Source of the DNA: Anaeromyxobacter sp.
GTDB lineage: Bacteria; Myxococcota; Myxococcia; Myxococcales; Anaeromyxobacteraceae
Assembly (NCBI GenBank): GCA_049840735.1
Contig: JASGJN010000014.1
Location: 1 to 64,000, forward strand
Reading direction: 5' to 3'
Length of the DNA stretch: 64,000 nt
Positions 63,356 to 64,000 of this stretch are shown in pieces. Made by a program: the position numbers and the translations under genes. The notes beneath the pieces were generated by a model. It was not told where the DNA came from, searched no databases, and saw only the letters and a program-made list of their open reading frames with translations. The first letter of the stretch is position 1. Each line of letters opens with the position of its first letter.

Positions 63356-63780
63356 TGACGACGGTAGATCCACGGCGCGGCGGGCTTGTCCATTTGGGAC
63401 GACGACCCGGAAGATCCATCTGGGATGGGGGCTTTCCAGTGATTGGGGCGCCCGACGCGGCCGAAGTCGATCCCGTCGAGCAGCATCGCGAGCTGCGTGG
63501 CGTCGATCTCCGACGGCCATCGTGGACGGGTCCATGTGCGGCAGCTTGAACTGGCCGCGCTCGCAGTCGCTTGTAGACGAGCACGAAGCCGCCCCTTGTC
63601 CCACGCCAGGATCTTCACCCGGTCGGCGCCGCCGCGGACACAAAGATGAAGAGGTGGCCCGAGTAGGCATCCTCCTTCATCTCCTGCTGCACGATGGCGG
63701 TGAGGCCGTCGATCGACTTCCGCATGTCGATGGGGCGTGGTGCCGATCAGGATGCGGACCGACTGCGGGATCCCGATCAC
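63352..63780 (-). CDS. tnpB: IS66 accessory protein TnpB (frameshifted; true stop uncertain)
   Basis: DMRKSIDGL, HLFIF, VKILAWD, LVYKRL, LAMLLDGID. Confidence 0.88.
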
Positions 63781-63783
63781 GGC

Positions 63784-64000
63784 CTACAGCGCCGCCGCCA
63801 GCGAGCGCACGTACCTGGGATCGGTGCCGACGGGGAAGCGCACCCGGACGCCGGAGAGGAGCGCGATCCTCGACCATCTCGCCCCAGGCTCACCCGCCAC
63901 CACCGAGGTCCGCGCGCTTCGCCCCGCGGACGCTACCACACGGAACCGGCACCAGACGCGAGCCCGTCGGGCGCGGGCGCCCGCTCAGGGGCTTGACCAG
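63784..64000 (-). CDS. tnpA: IS66 TnpA, 3' part
   Basis: SGVRVRFPVGTDPRYVRSLAAAL* directly upstream of tnpB. Confidence 0.65.

Overview
Very GC-rich (about 75% by eye) bacterial DNA. Gene content, codon style and a Myxococcus-type LexA box suggest a myxobacterium (Anaeromyxobacter-like); this is an inference. Many genes carry single-base indels, most densely at both window ends, which looks like long-read assembly error rather than true decay. In order, the window holds: a membrane patatin-like phospholipase, pirin and histidine kinases; a LytTR-linked ABC/LolA-like export operon divergent from a MocR regulator and Ser/Thr kinase; a LysR/cupin/ADH cluster; a lower-GC two-gene cassette (SERAC1/SesB-like lipase plus an unknown protein); a RelE-like/SF1 helicase/ankyrin fusion; GH15; rnk; a GH127-AraC-sugar ABC locus; hflX; a beta-carbonic anhydrase; dinB with a LexA-like box; a SNF2-SWIM pair; and a decaying oxidoreductase cluster cut by an IS66 that runs off the right end. 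The best candidates for an undescribed system are the lipase plus unknown cassette (26989-28806) and the nearby RelE-helicase-ankyrin protein (29465-32362). Both are plausibly anti-phage, but that is untested. No rRNA, tRNA or CRISPR array was seen. All family assignments are by motif recognition only; no searches were run.
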